Below are positions 1 to 13,516 of a DNA stretch of 64,000 nucleotides, in pieces. Position numbers and translations under genes: made by a program. Position 1 is the first letter of the stretch, and every line of letters begins with the position of its first letter. The notes under the pieces are model-generated. The model ran no database searches. It was not told where the DNA came from and was given only the letters and a program-made list of their open reading frames with translations. The stretch lies in the NCBI GenBank assembly GCA_051362555.1, contig CM120645.1:21886001-21950000 (forward strand), in the 5' to 3' direction. This stretch comes from Lingula anatina. Taxonomy: Eukaryota; Animalia; Brachiopoda.

Positions 1-673
1 AAAGTCTGCATTTTCCACTTTTTTTATAGTCTCCATTGTTCACAGTCTCTAATGTTCACATTCTTCTCCTTTACTCCTGAAAGGAACTGAAAATACTAAA
101 AATATGCATATTGAAACAGTCCATGCTAGCCTGCATGTAGATCAAATAAAATGTCACTGCTTGTAATGTAAGCACAGAAAAAAAAACGCTAGCTTACATG
201 CAGTATTTTATGCATAATTATTTCTCACAGAATCTCTTGGGTGTTTTTATTATTCTCCCACTCCTAGTCATTTTCCCAGAATCTGATTTTTCTTGTTTGA
301 TGGTCTCTGGATCTGCACATATATTACTTCTGTCAACCTCTGGTTGGAATTTTGTACTTGTTTCCAAACACTGGTTGTTTGGTACTTTGAGAATATGTCT
401 CCTATTTCTGCGAAACTCACTACCGTGATCACACTCTACATGGTATGAATTTGGTGCATATTCTCTTATTACTGTTGCTGGTTTACTGAATCCTGTTTTT
501 TTCCTGAAACATGACCCGATCTCCTGACTAGTGCAGGGAGTGGTCTTGCTGCTTTGTCATGAGAGTTTTTCTGTTGTAGTCATTTTTCTGACAGACGGTA
601 TGTGATCAATTCTTGGCCTGGCTATTTTTCTGTAGCAGTGTCTCACTCATAGGAATGTTAGTTTTGGTGCGCC

Positions 674-1954
674 TCAATAACATACGTTGTGCCGGGTACC
701 GAGTACAGGATCCTTAACATTTCTGCTATTGAGCAAGCACAAATACGGGTCACCTACTTCCCGGGCTGTTTTCTCGAGTAATCCTTTCGCTGCCTGCACG
801 GCTCTCTCTGCCAATCCGTTACTGGATGGGAAATGTTGACTACACGTCACTTGACTGAATTTCCAGGAATTGCTGAATTTCTTAAACTTTGTGGAACTGT
901 ACTGAGGTCCATTGTCTGAAATAACAATGTCTGGTATGCCGAATCTCGCAATATGAGATTTAAGCTTTCTTATTATTGTCATGCTTGCTGTACTGTTACC
1001 TAAAGTGTTAATCTCGTACCAGTTAGTGTAAGAGTCTACAGTTACCATGTAGTTTATGCCTCTCCACTCAAACAAATCTGTGGCTATTATAGACCACGGC
1101 CTTGTAGGTACAACATATGACATCAGCGGCCTCTTCTTCATGGAAAGACATATAGCACAGTTCTCCACTACGTTATCTATGTCTTTCAGCATACTTGGCC
1201 AATACATGTCTTTAGCCCTTGCTCTTGCTGCTTGACATCCTATGTGTCCTTCATGCACTTTCGATACATATTGCTGCTGTAGAGCCACTGGTACAATTAT
1301 TTTGCTTCCTTTCAACACTATTCCATTATCGTAAATGATCTCATCACGGAACGGAAGGTATGGCCTCAGGTCTGCATTACAGCCTTTTTCATTCTTCGGC
1401 CATCCATTTCTCATCGTGTTGCACAACTTCTGTAGCACAGTATCACTGGCTGTTGCTGCTTTTAGCTCTTCCAGTCTGTAGTCAGTGGCTGGTATGATTG
1501 AGAGAACGTCCACATCAGTATCCTCAATCTCACTGCTGGTTTCATTAATGTAGGCTCTGGACAGTGTATCTGCTACGATTAAGTCCTTGTCTTTATTGTA
1601 CGTCAAGTTAATTCTGTATGGTTGTAACTGTAAAAACATACGCTGCAATCTTGCTGGTGCAGTTGCCAATGGTTTCTTCCATATCGAGATAAGTGGCTGG
1701 TGATCAGTCTCGACCGTGATTTCTTTGCCATATATGTAGCCTCTAAACTTTGCGCATGCAAAGACGACTGCTATTAATTCTTTTTCTATCTGCGCAAAAC
1801 GCTTTCCCGTATCTGTCATCGCTCTGGATGCATATGCCACTGGTTTCCCATTCTGTAGACATGTAGCTCTTATGCCTGCTTGTGAAGCGTCACAGTTCAA
1901 CGTGACCTCTTTGGATACATCGTAGTATGCTAGGCATGCATCTTCGCTGATCAC
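674..1954 (-). pseudogene. Gypsy pol fragment: RNase H + integrase
   Basis: RNase H motifs CDAS..G, AYASR, QIEKELIA and TDHQPL; integrase zinc finger H-x3-H...C-x2-C; core motifs ATDLF, SDNGPQY and SNGLAERAV. A stop at about 1994 separates it from the RT. Confidence 0.9.
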
Positions 1955-1993
1955 CTGCTTGATTGCTTCAAATGCTGTATTGTGGGTATTCTC

Positions 1994-2563
1994 CTAGACA
2001 AATGAATTATCCTTACGCAACATATCATTCAGCGGAGCGCACTTCTCACTGAGCTGTGGCATAAACTTTGACAAATATTTGATCATGCCAAGAAAACGTA
2101 ACAAGTCCGACTTGTCATTGGGTTTAGGCATTTCTTTGATTGCCCTCACTTTCTCAGGATCAGGTTTAAGACCATCCGCTGTGAATGTGTGACCGACGTA
2201 GCTGACTCTTCTCATCTTGTACTTGCACTTGGATTTGTTCAGCTTTATGTTGATTTCTTTCAACTTCTGAAGCACTGACTTTAAGTTATCGTCGTGCTCC
2301 TCTTCTGTCGCACCGCATACCAAAATGTCATCCATTATTAGCTTGCATGGTAGACCTGTCATGAGATTCTGATACACCTCTGAAGCCGAGCTGATTCCAA
2401 TTGGAAGTCTGAGGTATCTGTAGTGACCGAATGGTGTCCCAAACGTCGTTAAGTATGAGGATTCTTCCTCCAGGGGTATACAGTAGAATGCTTGCTTCGC
2501 ATCTAACACAGTGAGGTATTGTGCATCGGGTATGTCTGTAATGACTTCTTCTACTGTTCTCAT
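1994..2563 (-). pseudogene. Gypsy pol fragment: reverse transcriptase
   Basis: LDAKQAFY, TTFGTPFGHYRYLRLPIG, IMDDIL (YxDD equivalent), YVGH and FLGM motifs. Confidence 0.9.
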
Positions 2564-3073
2564 TGTACCTTGGACGCTTTATTGCCTTGTAAAGATCGCC
2601 TGGATCGATGCATATGTCACCTGATGCATATGTCACCTGTGGTTTTCTTCTTTGTTACCACCATCGCTGACATCCAGTCCGTTGGCTTTGTAACTTTAGC
2701 TATAATGCCTTGGCTTTCCATTCTCTGCATTTCTTGTCGTACCTCATCTTTGACAGCTACCAGTAGATTTCTCACACGTCTGACTACAGGAGGCACTTGG
2801 GGGTCAACTGTTATTATTTACTTCACAGGTAACTTGCCCAAACTGCCATCAAAAATCTCAGGGTACTCTGCGAACATATCTGGTGTTGTGTCTACACTGT
2901 ATACACTCTGAGCGAACTGTAATATAACTTCAGCTCCATGCTGTCTTTCAGTCCCAACAGCGTTTGAACGTTGGCATCAATCACATTAAATTTAATGTGG
3001 TGTGTTCCCCCACTGTAAACACAAGGTAAAATTGCGCTTCCTAGAGGGGTCACAACATATCCCGTGAAGCCAA

Positions 3074-3517
3074 TTAATCTGCTCTTGTCACTGCAGTGTT
3101 GGTATTTTCTGATTCTCTGAGCCTATTGAAATTTTCTAAACTCATAACATTGCGCCTGGCTCCAGTGTCGACTTTTACTTCCATGTCAGCATTATGCACC
3201 TGTAACTTTACATGTATGTCTTTCATTTGGGTGTGCGAATGCCTCGCTGTGTCAATAATGAATGAATCTTCGACATCATAGTTTGTGTTGACTTCTCTGG
3301 TTCTTTGCTGGGTTGTTTGCTTACTTTTCTTTGGTTGACTAGCTCTGCAGACAACTTGAAAATGGTTCGGTTTCCCGCATCTATGGCACGTTTTACAGTA
3401 TGCTGGACATTTTGCCTTAGCCTGACTAGTTTTACACTTACTGCATTTTGTTGTTTCTAGCTGCTTATGGTGCGTCTTTTGCGGTTTTGACTTTCTAACA
3501 ATCCTATCTCTTAACAT
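3074..3517 (-). pseudogene. Gypsy gag zinc knuckles and aspartic protease fragment
   Basis: MLRDRIV, C..C.......CPA...CHRCGKPNHFQVVC, and the protease motif VDTGA. Confidence 0.8.
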
Positions 3518-4089
3518 GTCATCTAACTGGTCATAGTCACAAGTCCGCTAGAAAAGTTTGAAACCTCTCACCTTCGTGTTGGATCCTCATGTTGAATTTG
3601 TATCTTTCCAGTATAACATTTCTCCTAGGGTTGTATATCTCATTGAATTTAGCTTTCAATACTTCTGGATCTTCATTTCATTTTCATGAAATGTGAAAGA
3701 CTCATACTTAGCGATAACTTCACTGCCAGCCAAATTTAGGAGAATGTAAGCTTTCTCCTTGTTTTCTCGTTGTAGCATGCATGGATGTAGATGTCATACT
3801 CTCGGACGAAAGTTATCCAATTTTGCTCAAGGTTCCCTTCAAATTTATGACAGCGGTACTGGCTTTCAGAGACCTTCTGCCATTTTCCTTTGTCCTTTAT
3901 TTACTCGGAATTGTCCTACAAAGAAGTTTAAAATCTCGGTTCTGACACCTTGTACGATTGTGAAGACACAAACAGACGACCATGTGTTACCGAACTACTT
4001 TAATGACCGATTTCCCTACGCGGGATGCTTAGGCATGAGTGATGGGGCTAGTGCTACTGCACTATGCATGCAGATAGTTCCATTTACAA

Positions 4090-4443
4090 TGACGCCATCG
4101 CCACACGCTTGTATACACCACAATGATAAAACTTTGCCTAACACTGAAACGGAAAGGACGGTAAGGGGAGATTGGGTCCCCCTTGGACATGTCATGACTC
4201 CTCTTTCTTCAATCGTCCTCGTCAGGGGGACCCAATCTCCCCTTACCATCCCTTTCCGTTTCATACTTTGGGGGTCCCCCTGACGAGGAAGATTGAAGCA
4301 AGGGGAGTCATGACATGTCCAGGCATGTCCCCTTTTTTCTCAAAAAATGCAAAAAGCTGGTCAGCAAACAAATACAACCGTCCATTCAGTGCTATTCAAA
4401 ATGTCACCATTGTGGTGTATAGAAACGTGTGGCGATGGTGTCA
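4090..4443. mobile_element. MITE-like element with 36-bp inverted ends and nested internal inverted repeats
   Basis: 4090-4125 TGACGCCATCGCCACACGCTTGTATACACCACAATG is the reverse complement of 4408-4443 with 3 mismatches. Internal inverted pairs are 4145-4183/4224-4263 and 4183-4233/4272-4323. No TSD was identified. Confidence 0.6.
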
Positions 4444-4655
4444 CCTTCCACTTTAGCTGCTACGTGAAGTAGAAACCACAATACATTTTTGTTCTTCGTG
4501 TCAGTCTATTCTACAAAGGTCTCCTCATTCTTTATTCATATAAATTCATATAAATATCAATTACCAACATTACAAATAATATATTTTCATTTCTGTTCAT
4601 TTTACCCATGTTAAGTCTACTGAACATTTAATATGGATTTTAGACTATAAATAAA

Positions 4656-4693
<38 letters not shown>

Positions 4694-7147
4694 TTTCTGT
4701 AACGAGTTCTGCATCTACTTGCTGTTAATGATTTTATATTCTATTCTACTGCAACTAAATTAAACTTATCGGTCATAGTAAAATGATTTATGTGAGATGA
4801 TGCAAATGAGGAAAGTCATGGTAGTGATCAAAGGTTTGTGGGGTACAGTACTTCGTTTGTTAAAAAATAAAATTCGTAAGAAATAATAAATTGTGCAATT
4901 CAAATTTGTGTTTTGTAAAAGGCAAAAGACAAAAATTCACTTTTTGTATGAATTCATATTTTAAACTTTATTTTTCTAAACATTTCAGTTTTCATAATTC
5001 ATAAGATTTACAATTCAAAATTCACTTTTTTTTTGTAAAATGTATACTGATAATCAAAGAACAGGGGACATCACAATTATAGTCGAAGGTCGAGATTCAG
5101 TGTTTCTAATAATGAAATAAATGTTGATCAAAACTTCTACACATGGCGTGAGATATGAATCACCTGTCACCCCAATTTTGTTATAATGAAAATGTAGCGT
5201 TTTACCGCATTCATAGTCGGGAAAGAAGATGTGTAGGCCTAACAGAGTCATTCAAAGGAGCCACTGAGGGTAGACAGAGCAGGGGACACTGTGGTCGCAT
5301 ATCCTACTCGTTGTATTACGTGTGAGCAGAATAAAATTCCTTTGGCAGAAAAAAATAAATATTGTTGTTGTAAAGTATATTGTGACAAGTAGATGCTGTC
5401 CATAAAACCCAACCTATGGTGCAGTTGACAGTGACTGAATTGCACAGTTTTATAAGTATGTTCTTATTAAACATATACATATTGAAATAAATAACCATAA
5501 ACTGATTTATTGATGCAAATGAACGATCAATTGATTAGTAAAAATAATGCATTGTGTCAGTGTCACTAAGATGTTATGAAATTGTAAAATTCCCGTGTTC
5601 TACCTTGTCAATAAACAACTTTCGCCATTCATTATTGTTAAACAGCAGTATACCAGTTGACTGCTTTGTCCGTTCAAATACAGTATTCATTTCACCTCCA
5701 CACTAAATACTTTTGATATGTGCAAATCCACTTGTCAGACGCGTGTGTACCAGACACCCAGACGTGTCTGATTATTTCTATGCAAGGACGGGAATTTTTT
5801 AATAATTCCAAAATATTCTACTTGTTACATAGCGTTTTCCCACAGACAAAGAGAGAGTATTCCAGAACAGTAAAACAGATATTATGTCTTAAGAATATTC
5901 CAGCTTCGTGACTCAGCGTTTTCGTACAATGTGCGTGTTTTACGCTAATCAGATAATTATATAATACAAGCGGTACAAATACTTATGTGAGCCATAAATG
6001 ATATTGTTTAATTTGCGTACAATGTTTTGAAATAATACGATAGTTAAAGATAAAGCTTCATAACCTAATGGTTGTGATAATTTCACCATTTGAAACGATA
6101 CAAAGGATCGAAACTAATGCAGTTAATTGTTCAGAAAGTCGTGTTTGAAGACATTAAAAAACAATTCGTTTTAACTGATGAGGTGACAGGTCTATTAACA
6201 CCACTGTGCAATAGAAATGTAGTGAAAAACTATCAACAAATATATGAAAATATATGTAAAACAGCAATCAATCGATTAATAATGATTTCAATTTTGAAGA
6301 ATGTTTTTTAGTCATTTAATAATAATAGGTTTGAACTAAACAGTATTTGAATGAGGTACTGAATTTCAATCGTGAACGCCAAAGTGTTATTTGATGATCA
6401 AAAAGGCAACGGAATTTCAACAAAGCAACGGAATTTAAAAAAAAATCAGAATTGCAATTTTCCCTGCAGGTATTTTAAATAACACGTGTGTTGCCAATTT
6501 CATGCGTTAAAACTAAATTATGCGGTATCACTGCGATCCCGAATTCTACGTTTTTGGCTGCAGGCGGCAAAACCAACAGAATACTTAGTTTAAACTTGTA
6601 ACGAAGTTTCCCAATTCATTCTGATATCCTGTGAGGTTTGTGGGATTTGGTCAAGAGGGGGGGTGAGGGCAGACAGTATTGCATAATAACTGGAGGTCAG
6701 TCCAATAATTACTCGTTTGTTAAGACCATGTTATTTCATTAAATTTATTGATTTATAGATCACCTTTACCGAACAATTGGATCTTTGTCATTTTCTGTCT
6801 TGAATTGCAGTTTATGGCAATTACCACGGCTTTAAGGCAATATATTGCTGTCCTGTTATTAAGCAGAAAATATGAACAGCTCCGATAACTACATTAAATC
6901 TCGTTCTGGTGAAGGGATCATACACAGATAAAAATTCAAAGTAAAGTTTGGTTCTTTTTGAAGAAATACAGCTCTCCACTGCATCTCGTTTCTGTTTACA
7001 ATACATCGCAATCAGACCGTCATATTTTTTCGTCTCGATTCAGTATGAAAACGGTCTCAACTCCCTGGTGAAAGATACAGCCGAGCTGTCCCTGAAAACT
7101 AGTAAGAAAAAAACAAAAACAAAAACAAATCGCTGCCAATCAAAGTA

Positions 7148-8691
7148 CAGACTTGACATTTAATATGGAATATTTCAGTTTCGAGGGTATGCCTAGGTAA
7201 AAATGCGTTCTTTTTACTCTGATCTCAAATAAGATATGTGAATGGAGAAGTGTGTAGTCAGGTGTGTCGCTACCAATTAACTGATACCAGGTTTGTTACA
7301 ATTGTGCTGCTGAATTATGGAATAGGGGCCTATGCTGTGATTTCATTGGGTAGTGCTCTTTTGGGCAGGTCAAAGCTTGGCTTTCGCAAAGCATGGTTCT
7401 GTCAAAAAAGTATCCATATATCGGCAACTACTGCATAGAACATTTTGAAATTTTGAATGCAAGTGGTCGTTTTGCAGTGTGTAAAATGAGCTATGCAATG
7501 CTTTACAATTTTGTTAATCTGTGTCAGAATGGCGCGAAAAAAGACAGACATTGCCAGACAGATAATTGCGCCAAACGAAACGGTCCGCACAGTTTTATAA
7601 AGTAATGCCCAGACTGATGTACCTACACAGAGGACACACCCAATGTATTGAAATCTTACCACCAGTCCGTTCAAAATGAGGGGTAAATTGCCACCAAAAC
7701 GCATTTTTCAAGGCCCTTAGTGAACACCAAACTGGTTTTAGCAAGTTAGAATGTCAGACGACCTCCGAGGAACCCACTGTAAATAGCAAAACATCGTTGT
7801 ATGTTTCTCTAATGAATCGGAGACCTTGACCGTTTCTAAGTTGAACACTGAAACCTCGTGGCTTTTTTTATTGAGGTCATATTTCACCCGTACCGCTCAA
7901 CTAGTCACAACAGAGTTTACAGACATCCAGAAGAGTCCACTATTTGGGGTGAATACAACATTGGTGCCAAAACACCAAAGGTAGTCATCGACAAAAACCT
8001 GAACCAAATTAAATAAAGGAATAATCTGGGAACCACTTGACTATCATTTGATAGGGGGCAACTTAGGAACAATTTTAGGTTTCATGGTGAGATTGCCGGT
8101 TCACAAAGAGCACTTTCAATAGCAGATTACTTACAGAACCAAGGGAATGAGCAGCTACCTTGGTCATCAAAATCGCCATATTTGAACCACATAGACAATA
8201 TGTGGGTAAGCGATTACTCGCCAGATCAATGGCCTACATGTCCTACGACAAAACTAGACCAAATTGGACAGATTTTGACCGAAGCCTGGAATGATCTGTA
8301 AAAACCTATCCCAAGGAATGCCTTGCCACTTGCGAGCGCTGGTAGCAGCCAGAAGAGGTCAGGCGTAACAGCGACCGTTACTTGTGACTAGACACTGGCA
8401 TGAGGGTCCTGTGGAGCGTGTAGCTCTTTTTACAGACAATAATTTGGAAAATATGGAGATCCAAAATATCTATTATAATGTCGTATGACATAGAATAGGC
8501 ATTGTGTTTTTGTTTGCTTCTCTGGCGAATTCCATTAATGAACTGATGTCACAATGACATCAAAGAGATAATTAAAAGTTATTAAAACACGATTTTAATC
8601 CTTATTTTCATTTATCAGTCAGCAAAATAGGAAAAAAAACTGATGAAAATTTATTTGGAATTTTTTTTTTCCATATTAAATGTCAAGTCTG
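7148..8691 (+). mobile_element. Decayed Tc1/mariner DNA transposon
   Basis: Perfect 23-bp TIRs CAGACTTGACATTTAATATGGAA (7148-7170 / 8669-8691) flanked by TA on both sides. A transposase remnant WSSKSPYLNHIDNMW at 8161-8205 matches the Tc1 motif WPxxSPDLNPIENxW, and there is an FSNES-like remnant near 7804. Confidence 0.88.
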
Positions 8692-9498
8692 TAGTTCCCT
8701 TTTGCTTCACCCTAAGATGTTGACTGCTTATTACTTGATGATAGACTAATGCGTGCCAGCATGCAAAAATCGGGGTAGCTCTATGGAACGTCTCGCATTG
8801 CAGTTTCTTTCCTATGCTATTTCCAAGCTTCCTTACCCTTTGTGTAATTTTAATTGGAATGTGAAACGGTATATCTGATCACTTTCGACTTCACTTTTAT
8901 TTTTGCTATTCGGGTATTTATCGCAGAATGATGAAATATAACATAGCATTTATGAAGACAATAGGTGTTACTTCGACCACATATACTATATAAGGTTACC
9001 CGTCTTAGTTTCATACCCTTCGAGGCTTTCCAATTAGTTTGGAATCACGACGTTATCCTATTTCTACCGCAATTTAAATGTCTGCTGAACAGTTAGCCAT
9101 GGCCGCGTAACAAAGCCTCCATGAGATGCGTGCCGTCAAATCCAAGCACCTTTTCAGATAAATGGTGAAAACTAGCGGCACATTTAACACTTACAATGCA
9201 ACGTAAACGGTATATGAAAGGCACTTGGTAATAAATTGGCAGGATGAGTTTCATTTTTTTACAGTCCTGTTCGTTGGCAATATGTTATGCGATAATACTT
9301 AAAGGTACACTCCATGGTTTGAACCCCCCCCCCCCCCCCAAATGTTCATTTTTGCCATCCACAACTTCTTATAAAACCTTACATACAACTTAAAACGGTT
9401 TAACACCCTTTCTCTGGAGCGTACTTGATGCTGAATACATCCATCGGAGCTTATGAAGATGGTAGCTGGTTATAATGACTGACCTTTTTAAATTCGAT

Positions 9499-9868
9499 AA
9501 GAAAAGCACTCCGAGAGCGCAGACCTCCGCCAAGCCAGCAATTTTTTATTATTATTGATTATTGAACCGGATCACCACCTAAAACTAATCAACTTTTCCT
9601 AGGCCCACTTCTGATAGTTCCTGAAAACTTCATGAAAATCGGTCTATAATTTTTTTAGTTATGTTGATGATTGATTTTTGATTATTGATTGATTATTGAT
9701 CCGGTTCACCACCAAAATTAATAATCTCTTCCTTGGCCCACTTCTAACAGTTCCTGAAAATTTCATCAAAATCGGTCTATAACTTTTTGAGTCATGTTGA
9801 TGACAGACAGACAAACAAACAAACAGACAAACAGGGGTGAAAACATAACCTCCTTGGCGGAGGTAAAA
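9499..9868 (-). mobile_element. Non-autonomous Helentron-like (HINE/DINE-type) element
   Basis: Sub-terminal inverted repeat ACCTCCGCCAAG (9523-9534) / CTTGGCGGAGGT (9853-9864), short terminal hairpin GCACTCCGAGAGCGC (9506-9520), (GACA/AACA)n microsatellite at about 9802-9833, and an internal tandem pair of about 130-140-bp units. Confidence 0.7.
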
Positions 9869-9976
9869 ATGAAAAAAAAAAAAAAAAGGTTATACCAGTA
9901 TGTAATTAAAATCAAAATTTTGCTATTTCATACAAAAGTCTACTACTTGTCTTATTAAAGAAACCAAACAGCTCGG

Positions 9977-10350
9977 TCAGTGTGACAGGAATGGAAGCCT
10001 GAGATCCCATGTGATTAGTACAGGTTAGTGTTTGGCTGTAGTATTGGGTATGCAACCCAGATTGCCGTCCTGGGCTCCGTATCTCGAAAGGTTCGCTATG
10101 TTGCGCACGTACGTTAGTGTCTCGATTCCATAACCGATTCTATTTCGAGATACGGGGCCATGGAATCGAGACACTTGCGCACGTGCGCAACATAGCGAAC
10201 CTTTCGAGATACGGAGCCCTGACCTTTTCCAACCGCGCCACGGATCACTTTTACCTGAACAGATACTACACGGCATGGGGCGAATGTCACCTGTACAAGA
10301 TAACGGAACAGATTACGGTTTTTAGCGGACTACACTACCCGTCACACTGA
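9977..10350. mobile_element. Putative MITE with a central 60-bp-arm palindrome
   Basis: Ends TCAGTGTGACAGG / CCCGTCACACTGA; near-perfect internal inverted repeat 10072-10131 / 10160-10219. No TSD was seen. Confidence 0.55.
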
Positions 10351-12675
10351 TGTCAATGGGGCCATTCTGAATAGAAGATCCTAGGTTCAACTGATCCAGG
10401 GATCAAATATGGCGGACCCTACTTGAAAGGAAGACCGTTTAATCCTGTAATGGTCTCTCCGTCTCTCATACGCCTATTATATTATTATATTATTATATTA
10501 TCTATTATACTAGTGTAGACCTGATAAATCCAAATCTAGAATAGGGCCACTCCCGTTTATCAGAACGCCACACAATCATCAAACTAGAAAATCATCCTTT
10601 TGTCATAACGTGCAAGATTATAAATATCTATAGTCGGGCTTAAATGTACCTGCACAAATGCAATTGCAGAAATAGTGCCTCTCGATCTGAATCATGTCGG
10701 CGACACGCAGATATTGTAATAATTGTGAGACTGTTTTATACAGAATTCAATAACTGTTGATTTGTTTAATTGCCGCAGTGAAAAGTAGTACTACTACGCA
10801 AGTTTTCGGCCTATACGTACATGTAATTATAAAGCTGGGCAAATCAGGATTATGCAAACACAAAATTTTAGCTGGAATAAAAGGGTCACTTTTACTATGG
10901 AATAATTAACCCAGACACCAATGGGCACCGACTACCGGTATATCAGCGGGGTCTCTACACTCATACAAGGCACCGGTTATATTGTGTTGGGTGTACGAAG
11001 ACTTGAACACTTGACAGTTCCAATTTTACAAGCACATTTGCAGGACTTTAAAAATACACCTGATGACATACAATTATTTTTATATTTATTTGTCCTCTTT
11101 TTTTTGTTACTTTTCAAAGCAGAAATATTTTTTTTTCTTTTAGAATATTAAAACTGTATCACTATATCACGATTATGATTTCTTAATCATTTTACGAAAT
11201 TACTTTTAAGGGTCTCTTTCCAATATGTGATATGAATTAAAGCATCTAGGAAATGTTAAAATATGCGGTTATGTTTGAGGAAAATAAATATAAGCAAAAT
11301 TCGTCTTTGGGGAGCACAGTACATAAACATTGCTTAAAAAAATAAGCCGTACGTTATTTTGAACTCCCCCCCCCCAATCCCGACCAGTAGTAAAGACGAT
11401 GCCACAATCAGACGTTTCCACGTTCTCCCACTAAGTTCTCCAATCAGAAATTTAAATGAACAAATTCGAGACATGAAAAAATTCTGTCTTCTTAAAAAAG
11501 TTGAACTCGAAACCTATAATTCGATCAGTATTCGTTTCCTTATCTGATTTTTGTATTTTCAGGTTTTCAAGGGAAAACAGAGAAAGTTTTAAGACATAAT
11601 TTGTCCTACTTTAAAATTTGCTACCAGTATATAAGCGTTCATACTGTTACACAAATATCTTCAACTGTATTTTCCTTTTAAATTATCAATTCTAAGAAAA
11701 CCCGAAGAGGAAATTCATCTATGCTAATAAAACCATTTGGAGTGAAAAAATAAATCAAACAAAGCTGTCCTGAAACCATCATAATGATTTTATTTCTGTT
11801 ATTTCTATTTCCAGATACAAAAATGAACATCCTCTGAATAATATTTTAAAGGAAATGCAGTTTAACTTCTTTAAAAACTTAATTTTTTTTGGGGAAAAAA
11901 GTCCAATCAATTTGGTTCACTTGCCAACTTAATGGGTAATAAGAAACAGTTAATATGAAAATATTTTCAAACACTAAGAACTTCGTCTGAAAGTTTCATA
12001 GGCCTGCCTTAGAGCTATAGGTCTATAGCTCTCGTGAAAAACAAGGCCTAGGATTAAACCATAGCCATTTTTAACTTGAGACATACATGTAAAAACACAA
12101 CGGTGATGACATCAATGGTTATGCCCTTTTTACATGTGATGGTACAGACTGTTTGGACCAATCAAAATTAATCTGGTTAACTGGCCATGTGGAGGGGAGT
12201 ATTTACTAGATGATCCACTTAATTACGTTAAGGCAGGTGTTGTCAGTCTCTCAAAATGACATAAAAATACAAAAGTGTACCACACAATGTGAAAAGTTCT
12301 ATGATCCCTTATAATATTCACACCCTTAAGTCACAGGGCACAATATTAAAGACAGAGAGTGAACAAAACACCATCCCAACAGGTTTTAGGTTTATACCCT
12401 ATATTACATTAATTGTTATATAATATGAAGGAAGGATACATATTTCTGTATTATACTTATAAGAAAAATGTGCATTTGGACTAGCCTAAGGACAGAAAAA
12501 AAAACATATTGTCTGTCCTAGGTTTGAAACAGTAAAAGATTGCCTTGAATGTTCACAGAATGTCATGATTATTATAATAATTTTGAAATTTGTCCCAATT
12601 AACAGATTTAGCATCAACTGTATAGGAAAAGCTATGGTGGACTGCCTTTGCTTTTTCTAAACCCCTCCCCCCACA

Positions 12676-12746
12676 AAAATAAAATAAAATAAAATAAAAT
12701 AAAATAAAATAAAATAAAATAAAATAAAATAAAATAAAATAAAATA
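12676..12746. repeat. (AAAAT)n microsatellite
   Basis: Read directly from the sequence. Confidence 0.95.
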
Positions 12747-13516
12747 CCAGGGCTGTCTACAATCAATCAGAGTAGCAGAAAATCAAAAAGGCACACATTT
12801 TAAGTCCTAATGCTGCTTCTGCCACAGTGCTCCCAACTAGGGCAATAGGTACTGCTTACTTGGAGAATGCCTCTTCCGTTTAGTGCATGGAACATTAAGT
12901 TTCAATTCACCTAGCTACATGTATCAGTACCAGTCATAAAATGGTGGTGATTATGTATACCAAGATATCCCACACCACTAGAGTACCAATTTTAAAATAT
13001 CTTATATTGTACATGCACAACTGATGCTACAGGGGTAAATACTTGTTTAAAAATTGTGGCCCTGACCAGTGAAGTAAGTGTTCAATACTGTATATCACAG
13101 TAATATATAATCACATAAGTATCTGCTTAGATCATTCAATTTATATATCATATAGATATTTACTAATGTACTGGTATACTTATAGACACAACATATTGTC
13201 CAGTATGACATGATGCAAATTAGCTGGAACTTACTCAGAAACATTGTTCCTTGCTTTAACAGCAATGTAGAATGGATATTATAACAATACAGGCCTGTTG
13301 TCCCACAACTTTGGAAATTTGAGAAATTGAAAAAAAAAAAAAAACATTATAATTAAAAAGTGTTATTACCTATATGACTAAAATTTGGGAATACCCTGCA
13401 TAACAAATATTTGTCAATAAGACAAGTAAATGCAATTCTTGATTACTGTTGGAAATGCTGTATTATAATAACAAGACAAATGTGGAGGAATGATGACATA
13501 GGCACCTGTATATTTA

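Larger units (their letters stand above)
200..4088 (-). mobile_element. Decayed Gypsy/Ty3 LTR retrotransposon (Mag-like), gag-pol broken by stops and frameshifts
   Basis: Minus-strand order is gag start (ATG at 3883, MAEGL*KP..), double zinc knuckle and protease (3074-3517), RT (1994-2563), RNase H and integrase (674-1954). A PBS-like AGGTGTCAGAA (3940-3950; compare TGGTGTCAGAAG, complementary to the tRNA-Leu 3' end) directly follows a CA-ending putative 5' LTR (about 3951-4088). Both boundaries are approximate. Confidence 0.9.

Noticed and set aside
1-30. Polypurine tract and start of the Gypsy 3' LTR on the minus strand
   Set aside because: The PPT-like run is plausible, but the following TGCAGACTTT does not match the putative 5' LTR start and the window ends there.
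3759-4456. ORFs of 174, 82 and 94 aa with internal peptide repeats
   Set aside because: The repeats arise from the inverted-repeat DNA and antisense gag; there is no protein motif.
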